Origin: an uncultured Melioribacter sp.
Lineage (GTDB): Bacteria; Bacteroidota; Ignavibacteria; Ignavibacteriales; Melioribacteraceae
Direction of reading: 5' to 3'
DNA length: 64,000 nucleotides
Assembly (NCBI GenBank): GCA_964595365.1
Contig: CAZQQC010000001.1
Coordinates: 34,238 to 98,237 of the forward strand
In this document: in pieces, positions 7,636-21,035 of the stretch
How the letters are laid out: each line of letters starts with the position of its first letter
How positions within the stretch are numbered: position 1 is the stretch's first letter
Program-made: the position numbers and the translations under genes
Notes under the pieces: generated by a model
Told to the model about the DNA's origin: nothing
Databases searched by the model: none
The model's input: the letters and a program-made list of their open reading frames with translations, nothing else

Positions 7636-9485
7636 TATACTCTGAATTGAAGTTCATAAAGTTTTTTGTAGATGCCGTTTCCCTGGCTTAACAGTTGATC
7701 GTGTTTACTGTCCTGTACAATTCGTCCTCGGTCAAGTACAATAATTCTATCGGCATTTCTAATTGTGCTAAGTCGATGTGCAATAACAAATGTGGTTCTA
7801 TCATGCATTAAATATTCGATTGCTTCCTGAACTAAAACCTCCGACTCGTTATCCAAAGCCGATGTTGCTTCATCCAGAATCATGATTGGCGGATTTTTGA
7901 GAAGCGCCCGGGCAATTGCCAAACGTTGCCTCTGACCGCCCGAAAGTTTTGTCCCTTTTTCACCGATTATAGTGTCATAACCGCGAGGTAGTTCTAAAAT
8001 AAAATTATGGGCGTTTGCTGCTTTTGCGGCGTCAAACAATTTTTTTTCGGAACAGTCGTCAATTCCGTATGCAATGTTGCTCTTTACCGATTCATTGAAC
8101 AAAACCGTTTCTTGAGTTACGATTCCCATCAGCTTCCGTAAATCTTCGAGGCGTGCCAATTTTATGTCGGTACCGTCGAAAAGAATTTTTCCTCCGCTCG
8201 GATCGTAAAAGCGCGGAAGTAAATCTACCAGCGTAGTTTTTCCCGCACCGCTGCTACCCACTATGGCAATTACGTTACCTTTTTTCACTTTCAAATTAAT
8301 CGTGTCCAGAATCAATTCGTCGGAATCGTCGTAATGAAATGAAACATTTTGAAACTCGATCGTATCATTGAAATTATTTATTGTAAGAGGGTCTTCGATA
8401 TTTTTGATTCGCGGTTCGGTATCCAGTATTTCAAAAACACGGTCGGCAGCAGCGCTCGATTCCTGGATCCGGTTGTTAACGCTGCTGAGTTCTTTGATAG
8501 GGGGCATCATCTGGAAAATTGCAAGCAAAAAAACAAGAAACTCGCTCGGTTTCAAAGTTCTGTCGAAAAGTACAAGCTGACCGCCGAAATAAATCATGGC
8601 ACCGCCAACCACCACACTTAGAAATTCTGTAACCGGAGTTGCCGTGTTTCTTATACGGGTTATTTTCAAAACTAATCTAAAAAATTTTTGAGTTTGCACT
8701 TTAAATTTTTTGTTCTCGTAATTTTCCATACCGAAGGCTTTAACAACCTTAACGCCGGTAATCGTTTCGTGAAGTGTGGTTGTAATATCCGCCATTTCCT
8801 GCTGTAATAATCCACTCTGCTCGCGAAGAATCAACCCGATCCAGCTGATAATTCCTATGCTGAACGGAAGGACAAGAAGCGAAAACAAAGTCAGCTTCCA
8901 GCTTATAGATATTGCAATTCCAAGAAAGACGATTATTGTCAAAGGCTCGCGGATCAAATTCAGAAATACCGCAGAAACACTTGCCTGAACCACATTTACG
9001 TCGTTCATAATTCGTGAAATAAGATTTCCGGTTCTTTCGTTTTTGAAAAAGCTCATCGGTAATTTGTGCAGATGAGTATACGCTTCGTTCCTCAAGTTTC
9101 GTATCATTCCCTGTTCTACAAATGCAAGGAAATAAGCCTGTAGGTACCCGAAAATGTTTTTGAGAAAGAAAAGAATTATTATCAGTATACAAATTTTAAG
9201 AAGAATCGACTGAGTGTTCCCGCTAAAGATGTAGCTCTTAACAGTCAGTACAACATCATCAACCACCCGTGAAAACCAATTTGCAATCGGTGAGTTAATG
9301 GAAGGACTTACTGTTTGGATTTGTGTCCGAGCTCCGCTTTTTTGAAAAAGCGTATCGAGGAGAGGAATAATCATGTAAATGGAAACACCGTTCAGAACTG
9401 CGTAACCAATGGTAAACAAAACCGAAGCGGAAAGATGCTTCCAGAACGGTTTTATGTATTTTAAAACTCTTTTGTAAGTATTCAT
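7635..9485 (-). CDS. ABC transporter permease/ATPase, MsbA-like lipid exporter
   Basis: 616 aa. It has a 6-TM domain followed by Walker A GSSGAGKTT, the signature LSGGQRQR, and Walker B ILDEATSALD. Confidence 0.85.
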   Translation of the reverse strand: MNTYKRVLKYIKPFWKHLSASVLFTIGYAVLNGVSIYMIIPLLDTLFQKSGARTQIQTVSPSINSPIANWFSRVVDDVVLTVKSYIFSGNTQSILLKICILIIILFFLKNIFGYLQAYFLAFVEQGMIRNLRNEAYTHLHKLPMSFFKNERTGNLISRIMNDVNVVQASVSAVFLNLIREPLTIIVFLGIAISISWKLTLFSLLVLPFSIGIISWIGLILREQSGLLQQEMADITTTLHETITGVKVVKAFGMENYENKKFKVQTQKFFRLVLKITRIRNTATPVTEFLSVVVGGAMIYFGGQLVLFDRTLKPSEFLVFLLAIFQMMPPIKELSSVNNRIQESSAAADRVFEILDTEPRIKNIEDPLTINNFNDTIEFQNVSFHYDDSDELILDTINLKVKKGNVIAIVGSSGAGKTTLVDLLPRFYDPSGGKILFDGTDIKLARLEDLRKLMGIVTQETVLFNESVKSNIAYGIDDCSEKKLFDAAKAANAHNFILELPRGYDTIIGEKGTKLSGGQRQRLAIARALLKNPPIMILDEATSALDNESEVLVQEAIEYLMHDRTTFVIAHRLSTIRNADRIIVLDRGRIVQDSKHDQLLSQGNGIYKKLYELQFRV

Positions 9486-9491
9486 CCATTC

Positions 9492-10730
9492 TCACATTGG
9501 CGGACCAACTAATCCGCAGCCGCCGGGAATTGCAAGCGTATAATAGATTTTATTCCGGACAAAATCGAAAATATTTATTCTTGAAAGATTATTTAATCGC
9601 TCGTCAAAAATTAAGAAGTTTCCCTGAACTAATAAATTGTCGTATCGGAATCTGTTGAAGTTTGCAATCAACCTTTTTTGAAGAGTGTTGATAACTATCA
9701 GTTCTCCGGTCGGTTGCGCCTTTTTAGGGCTATCTGGCAAGACGGAGTTTACGGTGACAATAAAAAGATAATTCCCGTCGTCAGACCATCGTGCGTCCAA
9801 AATTTTTCGTTTGCCGGAAGCAATTAGAACATCCGAACGTTCCTGCACATCTTTCAGGTAAAAGTCATATCCGCCATCCGAAGAAATCTGTCGAAACTGA
9901 AATCTGTTATTCGGAGAAATATATTCGGGCTCCCTGTTAGGCGGCATAGGGAAGCCCTCGGAGATAAGGTTGAATTTCCGTTCGCTCACCTTGTTAAGCT
10001 CTCCCGAAAGATCAAAATGAAAAATATTCTGGTAAATTATCCGCGAATCAATTGTATCGATTGACGTGACATTAACTTTGAAAGTATCTCTGTTTTCCCA
10101 ATAAGTGTAAAGCTGGGCGCAATTGCCTATATCTTTCAGTCTGCTCATCTCATTGCTTTCTCTCTTCAACTGCAACACTCTCACCCCATGTATAAATGGA
10201 AGGTTGCTTCTCATTCCATAAGATTTAGCAGTTGTAACAAAAGCAGAGTTTCGATCTGCCGAAATATTCAAGGAGATAACGCTTTCGTTTTGACTGCTCC
10301 AAATTAATTCCGTTTGCATGGAAGAAATATCGATGCTAAAAACGCTTGGGCGCCCCAGATAGTGCGCCACAAAAAGAATGTTGCGGAATTCATCGAGTGT
10401 TTCGTGCCTTCCCTTCATTATCGAATAAGAGCGAATCAATCCGTTTGAGCTGAGTTTGTAAGCGTTTTTTCCGGCACCAAAAGAATTTTTATATTTTCCT
10501 AAAAGAACCTCATAAAGCATGTCGCTGAATTTTTCTATTCTGGCAGAGTCCGCAATACTTCGATCAAGTTTTATTCTGAAATCTTTTGCATTGTTGATAT
10601 CGGGAAATTCACCAATCTTAATCGAATAGGTATTCAAATCTTCGAAACCGTTTTTTGGATTTCCGCACGCAGTAAACATGAATACTGAAACGACACATAG
10701 CCTAAAAATTTGTTTGTCCTTTATTCTCAT
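9492..10730 (-). CDS. Lipoprotein, hypothetical (N-terminal SPOR-like segment plus beta-propeller-like C-terminal region)
   Basis: 412 aa with a lipobox (FMFTACG). WSDDGNYLFIV-type TolB-like strands are present. The family is not recognised with confidence. Confidence 0.55.
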   Translation of the reverse strand: MRIKDKQIFRLCVVSVFMFTACGNPKNGFEDLNTYSIKIGEFPDINNAKDFRIKLDRSIADSARIEKFSDMLYEVLLGKYKNSFGAGKNAYKLSSNGLIRSYSIMKGRHETLDEFRNILFVAHYLGRPSVFSIDISSMQTELIWSSQNESVISLNISADRNSAFVTTAKSYGMRSNLPFIHGVRVLQLKRESNEMSRLKDIGNCAQLYTYWENRDTFKVNVTSIDTIDSRIIYQNIFHFDLSGELNKVSERKFNLISEGFPMPPNREPEYISPNNRFQFRQISSDGGYDFYLKDVQERSDVLIASGKRKILDARWSDDGNYLFIVTVNSVLPDSPKKAQPTGELIVINTLQKRLIANFNRFRYDNLLVQGNFLIFDERLNNLSRINIFDFVRNKIYYTLAIPGGCGLVGPPM

Positions 10731-10759
10731 AATTTAAAAATAAGAAACTGCCGTAAAAT

Positions 10760-11650
10760 TTATCCGCGCGGATGATGATCTTTGTGAACCTGTTTAATGT
10801 AATTTCGATCGATGTGAGTATAAATCTGAGTTGTCGAGATATCCGCATGCCCTAGCATCTCCTGTACAGCACGGAGATCGGCGCCGCCTTCCAGCAGATG
10901 AGTTGCAAAGGAATGACGAAAAGTGTGAGGATGAATTTCTTTTGTAATACCGGCTTGCAGTGCATAATAATTTACAATTTTCCAGATCCACATTCTCGAA
11001 AGCTTTGTTCCCCGCTTATTCAAGAAAACATAATTCTGACTTTTACTTTTCTTTTCAAGCAGCGGTCGCGATTTCATCAAATACTCTTTCAGCCAATTGA
11101 TCGCGCTGCTGCCCAAAGGTACAATTCTTTCTTTCGAACCTTTACCGAGTACACGTACAACTTCATCTGCAAAATAAAGATCGTTTACTTTTAAGTTGAT
11201 CAGCTCCGAAACCCGTAAACCGGAAGAATAAAATGTTTCCAGAATTGCCTTATCGCGCAGACCGGTAATTTCACCCGTCTTAGGAGAATTGAGAATGCGT
11301 TCGATCTCCGGAAAAGATAAAACAGCCGGTAGCTTGCGTGATTTTTTTACCGGCGAGAGCGTTGAAGTCGGATTTTTCTCGATGTAATTATTATCCTCCA
11401 GATAACCAAAAAATCCTTTTAGTGACGACATATAACGTGCGGTAGTGGCACTGTCGATTCCATTTTCCTTTTGATGCTCAAAAAACTTAGCGATGTGACC
11501 GGCATTAATTTGATTGTAGTCAGTCACATTCTTTTCTTGAACGAAACTCAAAAATTTTTTAAGATCGTTTTTATAAGCATTGGTCGTATTTTCGGAAAGA
11601 TTTTTTTCGAAGCTAAGAATACCGAGATACTCTTTTAGAAAAACTTCCAT
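10760..11650 (-). CDS. xerD: Site-specific tyrosine recombinase XerD/XerC
   Basis: 296 aa. Contains ...GLRVSEL..., HPHTFRHSFATHLLEGGADLRAVQEMLGHADISTTQIYTH (R-H-R-Y catalytic signature), and the N-terminal SAM-like domain. Confidence 0.8.
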   Translation of the reverse strand: MEVFLKEYLGILSFEKNLSENTTNAYKNDLKKFLSFVQEKNVTDYNQINAGHIAKFFEHQKENGIDSATTARYMSSLKGFFGYLEDNNYIEKNPTSTLSPVKKSRKLPAVLSFPEIERILNSPKTGEITGLRDKAILETFYSSGLRVSELINLKVNDLYFADEVVRVLGKGSKERIVPLGSSAINWLKEYLMKSRPLLEKKSKSQNYVFLNKRGTKLSRMWIWKIVNYYALQAGITKEIHPHTFRHSFATHLLEGGADLRAVQEMLGHADISTTQIYTHIDRNYIKQVHKDHHPRG

Positions 11651-11656
11651 GGACGA

Positions 11657-13849
11657 TCATTCTTCCGGATTTATATTTTCCAATTCTTCTTGTTTAGGGT
11701 ATCGAATTCTTTTGTGCTGATGTCCTACAAGAATGCTCAAGAAAGATTCTTTGATTTTTCTAACATCATTAAATGTTAACGGCGCTTCATCAAGCTGACC
11801 GTCGTCGATACGGCTGTTTATCAAATTGGAGATTACATTCTCAATTTTTTGAGAATCGGCATTCGTCATTGCGCGAACGGTTGATTCACATGCGTCTGCC
11901 AGCATAACGATGGCTGTTTCCTTGGAATTGGGTTTTGGTCCGTAATAACGAAACTCGTTGATATCAATATTGTTCTCGCCATGGATTGTTTTGGCTTTTT
12001 CATAAAAAAATGAAATTACCATAGTACCGTGGTGCATTGGTATGAAGTCGATTATTTCCTTTGGCAAATTATTTTTTTCAGCCAATTCAATTCCCTTTTT
12101 GACGTGATCGAGAATCAGCCGCACGCTTTTTTCAGGTGCCAATTTTTCGTGAACGTTCGCACCGGTCAACTGATTTTCTACAAAACTTTCCGGATCAAGC
12201 GATTTACCGATATCGTGATAGTATGCGCCTACGCGCGCAAGAACCGGATTTGCGCCTATAGCTTCTGCCGTTGTTTCTGCCAGAGTTCCCATTGCTACAG
12301 AATGATTAAACGTGCCGGGCGCAGATTTTGCCAGATCTTTCAGAAGTGGATGATTAAAATCAGTTAGTTCCATCAATGTAAGGTCGGTCGTAATTTTGAA
12401 AAGTCTCTCGAAGAAAATTATCAGCCCATAAGTAAGAACAGGACTAATCAATGCATTGGAACCTGCAAAGGCAAAACTTAAGATCATCTGGCTGAAAGAA
12501 TCAAACCTTTCCAAACCGAACGCAACAATGCTTATAACATAACCTATTAGAATGTAAAGGAACGATCTGAAAATTTGTGTTCTGTTTTTGATGTCGCGTA
12601 CTGTATAAGCAGAAAGACCGCCGGCAATAATATTCGTTACCGAAAACACGTAGTCGTTACCACGCAATCCGCCTGCAATTAATGAAACTATCACCGTACC
12701 GTAGAATCCAACGCGGGAATCAAAAATAATTGTAAGAAGCATCGAAGCAACCGGAACAAGAATAAAAAACTCGACTGGCGAGACTACGTCAACCTGGTAA
12801 ATTAGAAAAGTAAGCAAAGAGATAAACAATATTATAGACGCTATTAGAAGAATTTTGAGGTTGTCCTGGTAAATTTTCTTTCTGAATAAATATATGTAAA
12901 TGATAAACGGAAGTAGTATCAAAAGGGTGTGAAGGTATTTACCAAGCGCTTGATAGAAGTTTCCGAGAAGGCCGGTTTCTTCGCCCTTAGCAATTCTATA
13001 AGAATCAACTTTCAATTTTATTTCCGGCGTAATACGATCATGCTTCGATACAATTTTCTCATTTTCATTTATAATTCCAACGTTGCGCGGAATTTTCTCT
13101 TTTGCATTATCAATCGCACTTTGAGTAAGAGCCGGACTGTACAATAAATCCGGCACAACAAAATTGTGAATATACTCTTCGACTGCCTCGTTCAATTCGC
13201 CGTTGTTCCCTGCTATCTCTTTTATGCTTGAATTGAGAAGTTCGTTAACTCCGTCGCGGTCCAGGAACAAATATTTGGAATAACCTCTTTCATACCTACC
13301 ATCGCGAATTGAAATACTGTCGCGCGAGATTTCTTTATAAGACGAAGAAAGAAGACCGCGCTGATAAATTTTTACAAGAATGATTTTTGAAAGAGAAGCA
13401 ATTTCGTTTAGCGATCGGACCTTTGCACCAAGGAATGTTTTTGGCTTTGTTTTTAATCTTACGAATACAGCCAATGAGCGGTCACTAAGAAACGTTGTGT
13501 TCTTCCTCTGAGAAAGAGCAGAACCAATCAACTTTTGCAAATTAGAATTATACCTTGATAGGGAATCTAGAAAAATCTTTTCCAATCCCGAATTTCTAAT
13601 GAAGATAGGCTGAATTCGTTTTGCTGCCAGAATTTTCTCATTTTCGTAAACGGCAGGGTCTTTCAATATTTCAAATGTTTTGGAAGCTATTAAATCGTTG
13701 TGAAGCCATACTGAGCCAATATTGACTGCGGATTCGATCGATTCGCCGCGGGGGAAAAACAAAACAATTATTAGAACCGTCGCAAAAATTATCAACAATT
13801 TTATTCGAATGCTGGAACGAATATTTAGCTTCCTTTTAGTATCGATCAT
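11657..13849 (-). CDS. 7TM-receptor HD/HDIG phosphohydrolase (PgpH/YqfF family)
   Basis: 730 aa. An extracellular domain is followed by a 7-TM block and an HD domain (HSVAMGTLAE...YYHDIGK...MHHG). Confidence 0.8.
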   Translation of the reverse strand: MIDTKRKLNIRSSIRIKLLIIFATVLIIVLFFPRGESIESAVNIGSVWLHNDLIASKTFEILKDPAVYENEKILAAKRIQPIFIRNSGLEKIFLDSLSRYNSNLQKLIGSALSQRKNTTFLSDRSLAVFVRLKTKPKTFLGAKVRSLNEIASLSKIILVKIYQRGLLSSSYKEISRDSISIRDGRYERGYSKYLFLDRDGVNELLNSSIKEIAGNNGELNEAVEEYIHNFVVPDLLYSPALTQSAIDNAKEKIPRNVGIINENEKIVSKHDRITPEIKLKVDSYRIAKGEETGLLGNFYQALGKYLHTLLILLPFIIYIYLFRKKIYQDNLKILLIASIILFISLLTFLIYQVDVVSPVEFFILVPVASMLLTIIFDSRVGFYGTVIVSLIAGGLRGNDYVFSVTNIIAGGLSAYTVRDIKNRTQIFRSFLYILIGYVISIVAFGLERFDSFSQMILSFAFAGSNALISPVLTYGLIIFFERLFKITTDLTLMELTDFNHPLLKDLAKSAPGTFNHSVAMGTLAETTAEAIGANPVLARVGAYYHDIGKSLDPESFVENQLTGANVHEKLAPEKSVRLILDHVKKGIELAEKNNLPKEIIDFIPMHHGTMVISFFYEKAKTIHGENNIDINEFRYYGPKPNSKETAIVMLADACESTVRAMTNADSQKIENVISNLINSRIDDGQLDEAPLTFNDVRKIKESFLSILVGHQHKRIRYPKQEELENINPEE

Positions 13850-14047
13850 TTTACTTTTTCGCTTGATACAGCATATTCAAAAATTCAGCGGCATCACAAC
13901 AATCGGCATTCTTTAGCCCGCAAGCAAATTTTCACGAAAAATATTGAAGAATTTCCCGAACATTAGTCAAATAAATTTATTTTCGAAATGCTGGTGATGC
14001 AGACAATTCTAGAATTGATATCAACAATTCAATAACTAATGGTAAAT

Positions 14048-14410
14048 CTATTGAACAGTCTCTAATTCTTTGACAGCTTCATTAACAGTGTTGCAGACAT
14101 TGAGTACCCGGTTAAGTTGAGAAATCTCGATTAGCGTTTTAACATTTTTGGTTGGTGATGCCAAACGAATTTGCCCTTCGTTCGATTGCAAAATTCTGAA
14201 AGCCAGAAGAATTGCACTTAACCCTGAACTGTCGCAATATTCCACTTCCGAAAGGTCTATAACAAGTTTTTTAACATCTTCGGTATGAAGAAAGATCGTA
14301 AACTCACCCTTCACAAATCCTGCTATGGAAGCGTCGAACCGTTTCTCGTTCAGTTTAAAGACGGCTATTTCGCCTATCTTTTTTAATTCGTAATTAAAGT
14401 TTTCACTCAT
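14048..14410 (-). CDS. STAS-domain protein (anti-sigma-factor antagonist family)
   Basis: 120 aa. The DLSEVEYCDSSGLSAILLA motif carries the conserved phosphorylatable Ser context. Confidence 0.8.
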   Translation of the reverse strand: MSENFNYELKKIGEIAVFKLNEKRFDASIAGFVKGEFTIFLHTEDVKKLVIDLSEVEYCDSSGLSAILLAFRILQSNEGQIRLASPTKNVKTLIEISQLNRVLNVCNTVNEAVKELETVQ

Positions 14411-14485
14411 TCTAAGCTGCTTAAATAATTAATTTTATACTGCTAATCTAAAAATTCACGGTAATAATCCAAACAATATCTTCTA

Positions 14486-15016
14486 TCAGAACATTTTTAG
14501 GTTGCTTAAAAAACTGCGGTAAGCCACTTCTGGCTCTTGGTTTTTGTCTTTAATAATGAGGTTATAGTACTCCTCGCATTTATCCTTACTAAAACTAACC
14601 CTAACTTTCGATTTCACGATATTAGCTACAGCACTAAAGAAAATATTAGGAGACCGATTCAGATCAATTACAGCATCGTATTCCCTTGTGCTCAAACTGG
14701 CAATCATATTCTTAGTTGGCAAATATACTCTGTTTATATGCTCGGGAAGGAATGAAACGAATTTGTACTTCTCTTTTTCCGGGATAAGATTGTACTTGTA
14801 AACGGGCAGAAAAAGCGTAATTACTTTTTTGTGAATAAGATAATACTTAAGTAGATCCATACTATGGTAAAAATCGTCGTCCCGAGCCGGCATGATGATG
14901 AAGAAATCGATCGCATCGGATAGAATCTTATTATAAGAGACAGATGTAATCTCTCTACGAAGAAATTTTCTGTGAATTATGAAACGGGCATATTTCTGTT
15001 TTAGACTTTCAAACAT
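14486..15016 (-). CDS. Hypothetical protein
   Basis: 176-aa ORF tightly packed after ligA (2-nt gap). No motif recognised. Confidence 0.5.
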   Translation of the reverse strand: MFESLKQKYARFIIHRKFLRREITSVSYNKILSDAIDFFIIMPARDDDFYHSMDLLKYYLIHKKVITLFLPVYKYNLIPEKEKYKFVSFLPEHINRVYLPTKNMIASLSTREYDAVIDLNRSPNIFFSAVANIVKSKVRVSFSKDKCEEYYNLIIKDKNQEPEVAYRSFLSNLKMF

Positions 15017-15018
15017 CT

Positions 15019-17902
<2,884 letters not shown>

Positions 17903-17905
17903 TTA

Positions 17906-19273
17906 CTAACCAACCCTTACTAATTTTGCTGCAAACGATCCGTCTAATGAATGTATGTGAGGAAAAGTTTGAACACAACCATTCGAATCTACAAGGTCCT
18001 TATTCAAAGTTTCTCTCGCATCAACCAAATTAAAATTGGAGTTCTCACTTAAAAATTTTTTAACTATCTCAAAATTCTCTTCCGGTTCGGTAGTGCATGT
18101 AGAGTAAACAATGTTACCGCCGGCATTGAGTAACGATGCACCCTTTTTCAGTAAATCGTATTGTATATTAATAATTTTCCTAATATCTCCCAAATCTCTT
18201 TTCCATTTCAGATCCGGTTTTTTTGTTAGAGTACCCAGCCCGGAACAGGGTGCATCTACCAGCACTCTGTCAAATCCATCGGAATCTTCGAATTCATTTG
18301 CATCGACTGTTAAAGTTTTTGCATTTGTAACTTTAAGACGGGTTAAGTTTTTCATAAGAATCTTCAAGCGGCTTTCAAACCGATCGAGAGCAACTATTTT
18401 TCCGGTATTCTGCATCATCTCAGCAATTAAGGCTGTCTTGCCGCCTGGCGCTGCGCAAAGATCTAACACTCTCATGTTCGGCTTGGCATCGAGCAATTTA
18501 ACAGGTAGGCATGTGCTCTCATCCTGAACCGAAAAATATCCTTTATGAAAATATTCCCAATCAGTTATGTTGGATAAAGTTACAAGACGGATGAAATCCG
18601 ACAAATATTTTCCTTCGCTAAACTTTAGCTCGACCGAATTAAGCAAACTCTTCAGTTCGCTAACATCCGAGACTAAATTATTGACGCGTATTGCAAGTGC
18701 CGGCTTGGCATTATTAGCCATAAGAAGTTTCTCGGTTTCTTCACGGCCGAAACGCGTAACCCATCGTTTTACTAACCAGGTAGGATGCGAGTAATACGCG
18801 CTCAAATAACCGTTGAGATCTTCGGTAGGATCCGGATACCGGATTGCATCTTTGCTTCTGATAATATTTCTTAGAACAGCATTTGTTAAATCAGCAGGTT
18901 TCTGACCTTGCAGTTTTTTTACAAACTCGACCGCTTCATTAACGGCGGCGTAATCCGGCACTTTATCAAGAAAGAGTATTTGATAGAGCGCAACACGCAT
19001 TGCGTTTTTTATATTGGGTATGCATTTCGAGAACTGACCTTTATAAAAACCATTTAATATCCAGTCAATTCTTCCTTCCCATCGGGTAACGCCGTGAACA
19101 ATTTCAAAGAGAAGAGCCTTATCCGGCCCGCTTAGATTCGAATTCTTGAGTTCGATTTCCAGAAGTTTATCGAGATAGGCATCGGTTCTATCCACACGAT
19201 TCAAGATTTTAACCGCATGTCCGCGCACACCTTGAAATAAATTTAAACCGAACCGATCATCAGTTGTTTCCAT
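17906..19273 (-). CDS. rsmB: 16S rRNA (cytosine967-C5)-methyltransferase
   Basis: NusB-like N-terminus plus a SAM methyltransferase domain (VLDLCAAPGGKT, DAPCSGLGT, YSTCT). The track ORF starts at TTG 19282; the ATG at 19273 (METTDD...) is more likely. Confidence 0.85.
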   Translation of the reverse strand: METTDDRFGLNLFQGVRGHAVKILNRVDRTDAYLDKLLEIELKNSNLSGPDKALLFEIVHGVTRWEGRIDWILNGFYKGQFSKCIPNIKNAMRVALYQILFLDKVPDYAAVNEAVEFVKKLQGQKPADLTNAVLRNIIRSKDAIRYPDPTEDLNGYLSAYYSHPTWLVKRWVTRFGREETEKLLMANNAKPALAIRVNNLVSDVSELKSLLNSVELKFSEGKYLSDFIRLVTLSNITDWEYFHKGYFSVQDESTCLPVKLLDAKPNMRVLDLCAAPGGKTALIAEMMQNTGKIVALDRFESRLKILMKNLTRLKVTNAKTLTVDANEFEDSDGFDRVLVDAPCSGLGTLTKKPDLKWKRDLGDIRKIINIQYDLLKKGASLLNAGGNIVYSTCTTEPEENFEIVKKFLSENSNFNLVDARETLNKDLVDSNGCVQTFPHIHSLDGSFAAKLVRVG

Positions 19274-19336
19274 AACAAACAATATTTATTTAGGTACTTT
19301 ATTCATTCTCATGTTCAGTTGTACAAAGGCGGGTTT

Positions 19337-19367
19337 AAAAAGCAAAAGGGCTGCCTTAAACAGCCCC
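19337..19367 (-). terminator. Rho-independent terminator after rpmE
   Basis: Minus strand reads GGGCTG-tttaagg-CAGCCC followed by TTTTGCTTTTT, 20 nt after the rpmE stop. Confidence 0.7.
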
Positions 19368-19386
19368 TAATAAAAGTCGAAAATTT

Positions 19387-19593
19387 TTATGCTTCTTTCA
19401 AACCGTATTTCTTTTTAAATCTTTCAACACGACCAGTAGAGTCAACAATTTTTTGCTTTCCCGTAAAGAACGGATGACAATTAGAGCATAGCTCAATCTT
19501 AATACTACTAACTGTGGAACGGGTCACAAATGTATTTCCGCAAACGCACGTAACTTCACATTTTCTGTAATTTGGATGAATGCCAGCTTTCAT
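19387..19593 (-). CDS. rpmE: 50S ribosomal protein L31
   Basis: 68 aa, [22 protein letters not shown]...[12 protein letters not shown]. Confidence 0.95.
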   Translation of the reverse strand: MKAGIHPNYRKCEVTCVCGNTFVTRSTVSSIKIELCSNCHPFFTGKQKIVDSTGRVERFKKKYGLKEA

Positions 19594-19668
19594 TATAATA
19601 CTACTTCCTTAAATTTTGGGCTCAAATTTAGCTACACCGATGCAAAAAAACAAATTGTAACCGGAGTT

Positions 19669-20364
19669 TTACTGCGGTATTTTCGAAGCTTTTTTTAATG
19701 AATCGAGCCGTAACTGAGCCTTCTTCAGTGAATCGACAATTTGCCGGTATCTTTTAAGTGTCTGTTGATTCATATTCTGCTTGAAAAGGAAACCATCGTT
19801 TTCAGCAGGCTGATCGCCGCTGTTAACCACATTGCCTTGAGACAAATCTGACCGGGTAAAATTATCGCCCGAAATGTACTTGTCAACCGAAACTACATTG
19901 GGATTTTGCTGCAAAGGCGAAGGTTTATTATTTGCACGGGATTGGTTTTTCAACGACCGATCTTGAAGATCTTCTGATGCAATCTGTCTTTGATTCGCAA
20001 TCAAATTTTCTTTAGCATGCAATTTCTTTTTAGCTGCGGATGCATTTGCAGCCGTAGTATTATTTGCAAGAGATTGGCTTACAGACGGTGGCTGTTGATT
20101 AGTGTAAACGTTATTCAGCTCTTCGCCCCTGGGGTAAAAAATAAAGAAAAGAAGTAGAACAGTCACAATAACGGCAGAAGGCGCCAAAAATTTTATGAAG
20201 TTTAATTTTGGTTGTTCTTCTTCCGCCAGATTAAAGTTCTTATTTTCAATGCGCGTCATAAGATTAAACTCAAAATTCTCCGGCGCATTTACTTTAGGAA
20301 GATTTTTTAAATCTTTTACCATGTTGGAAAATTTACTGTTGTTATCATTGTAAATTTTATTCAT
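19669..20364 (-). CDS. Membrane-anchored hypothetical protein, likely cognate anti-sigma factor
   Basis: 231 aa with a single TM helix. It lies immediately downstream of the ECF sigma gene (3-nt gap). The assignment rests on position only. Confidence 0.45.
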   Translation of the reverse strand: MNKIYNDNNSKFSNMVKDLKNLPKVNAPENFEFNLMTRIENKNFNLAEEEQPKLNFIKFLAPSAVIVTVLLLFFIFYPRGEELNNVYTNQQPPSVSQSLANNTTAANASAAKKKLHAKENLIANQRQIASEDLQDRSLKNQSRANNKPSPLQQNPNVVSVDKYISGDNFTRSDLSQGNVVNSGDQPAENDGFLFKQNMNQQTLKRYRQIVDSLKKAQLRLDSLKKASKIPQ

Positions 20365-20367
20365 AGG

Positions 20368-20952
20368 CTACTCTCTATAAATATTTTTTAGGAGTTTTTG
20401 AAGTTGTGCACGCCCGCGATTTATTCTCGATTTCACTGTGCCAATAGCCAGCCCCGTAATCTCGGATATTTCTTCGTAAGAAAGATCCTGTATATCTCGT
20501 AAAATAACAACCTCTCTATAAACCGGTTTAACTTTCAGCAAAGCTTTCTGGATCATTTCATTTTTTATTTCGCTATCTGCAGCTCTATCGGGCGCAAGAA
20601 ATGATTTATCTTCGATCTGTAGAGTCTTTTCGTCATCGGTGTTGTCGATCGAAAGAATACTTCTTCTGCGCCGTCTCTTAAGCTCATTCTTTGCCAGATT
20701 ACCAGCAATTGTGTAAATCCACGTCGAAAATTTTGCGAACGAACGATACGAATCTTTATTCAAGTAGAATTTTATCATCGTATCCTGAACTACATCGGTA
20801 CAAATGTCTCTATCGCCAACAAATCGATACACAAAATTCATCAAAGGATCTTTGTAACGCCTAACCAATATTTCATACGCTGCCAGCGTATTACTATCCT
20901 GAAATTCCTTTATAAGTTCTTCGTCCGAAAGTTCTACTAAGGGCTTATTCAA
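20368..20952 (-). CDS. ECF-family RNA polymerase sigma factor
   Basis: 194 aa. Sigma-70 region 2 (DVVQDTMIKFY...FSTWIYTIAGN) and region 4 (DLSYEEISEITGLAIGTVKSRINRGR). Confidence 0.85.
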   Translation of the reverse strand: MNKPLVELSDEELIKEFQDSNTLAAYEILVRRYKDPLMNFVYRFVGDRDICTDVVQDTMIKFYLNKDSYRSFAKFSTWIYTIAGNLAKNELKRRRRRSILSIDNTDDEKTLQIEDKSFLAPDRAADSEIKNEMIQKALLKVKPVYREVVILRDIQDLSYEEISEITGLAIGTVKSRINRGRAQLQKLLKNIYRE

Positions 20953-21035
20953 TGAAAGTTATACCTATTAAAAAAAAGATTGTTTCAGATTTTTTAACAA
21001 TTTTAGCCATAACGGGTAATAAATGCAAACTTCAA

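Noticed and set aside
8749-9192. 147-aa same-strand out-of-frame ORF inside the MsbA-like gene (and 1706-2026 inside the propeller gene)
   Set aside because: Both are embedded in clearly coding frames of conserved proteins. Both are Cys/Arg-rich with no motif.
20970-21001. AT-rich hairpin (ATTGTT...AACAAT) plus T-run after holA as a terminator
   Set aside because: The stem is only 6 bp and nearly all A:T. It would leave under 20 nt for a promoter for the downstream ECF sigma gene, so read-through is more likely.
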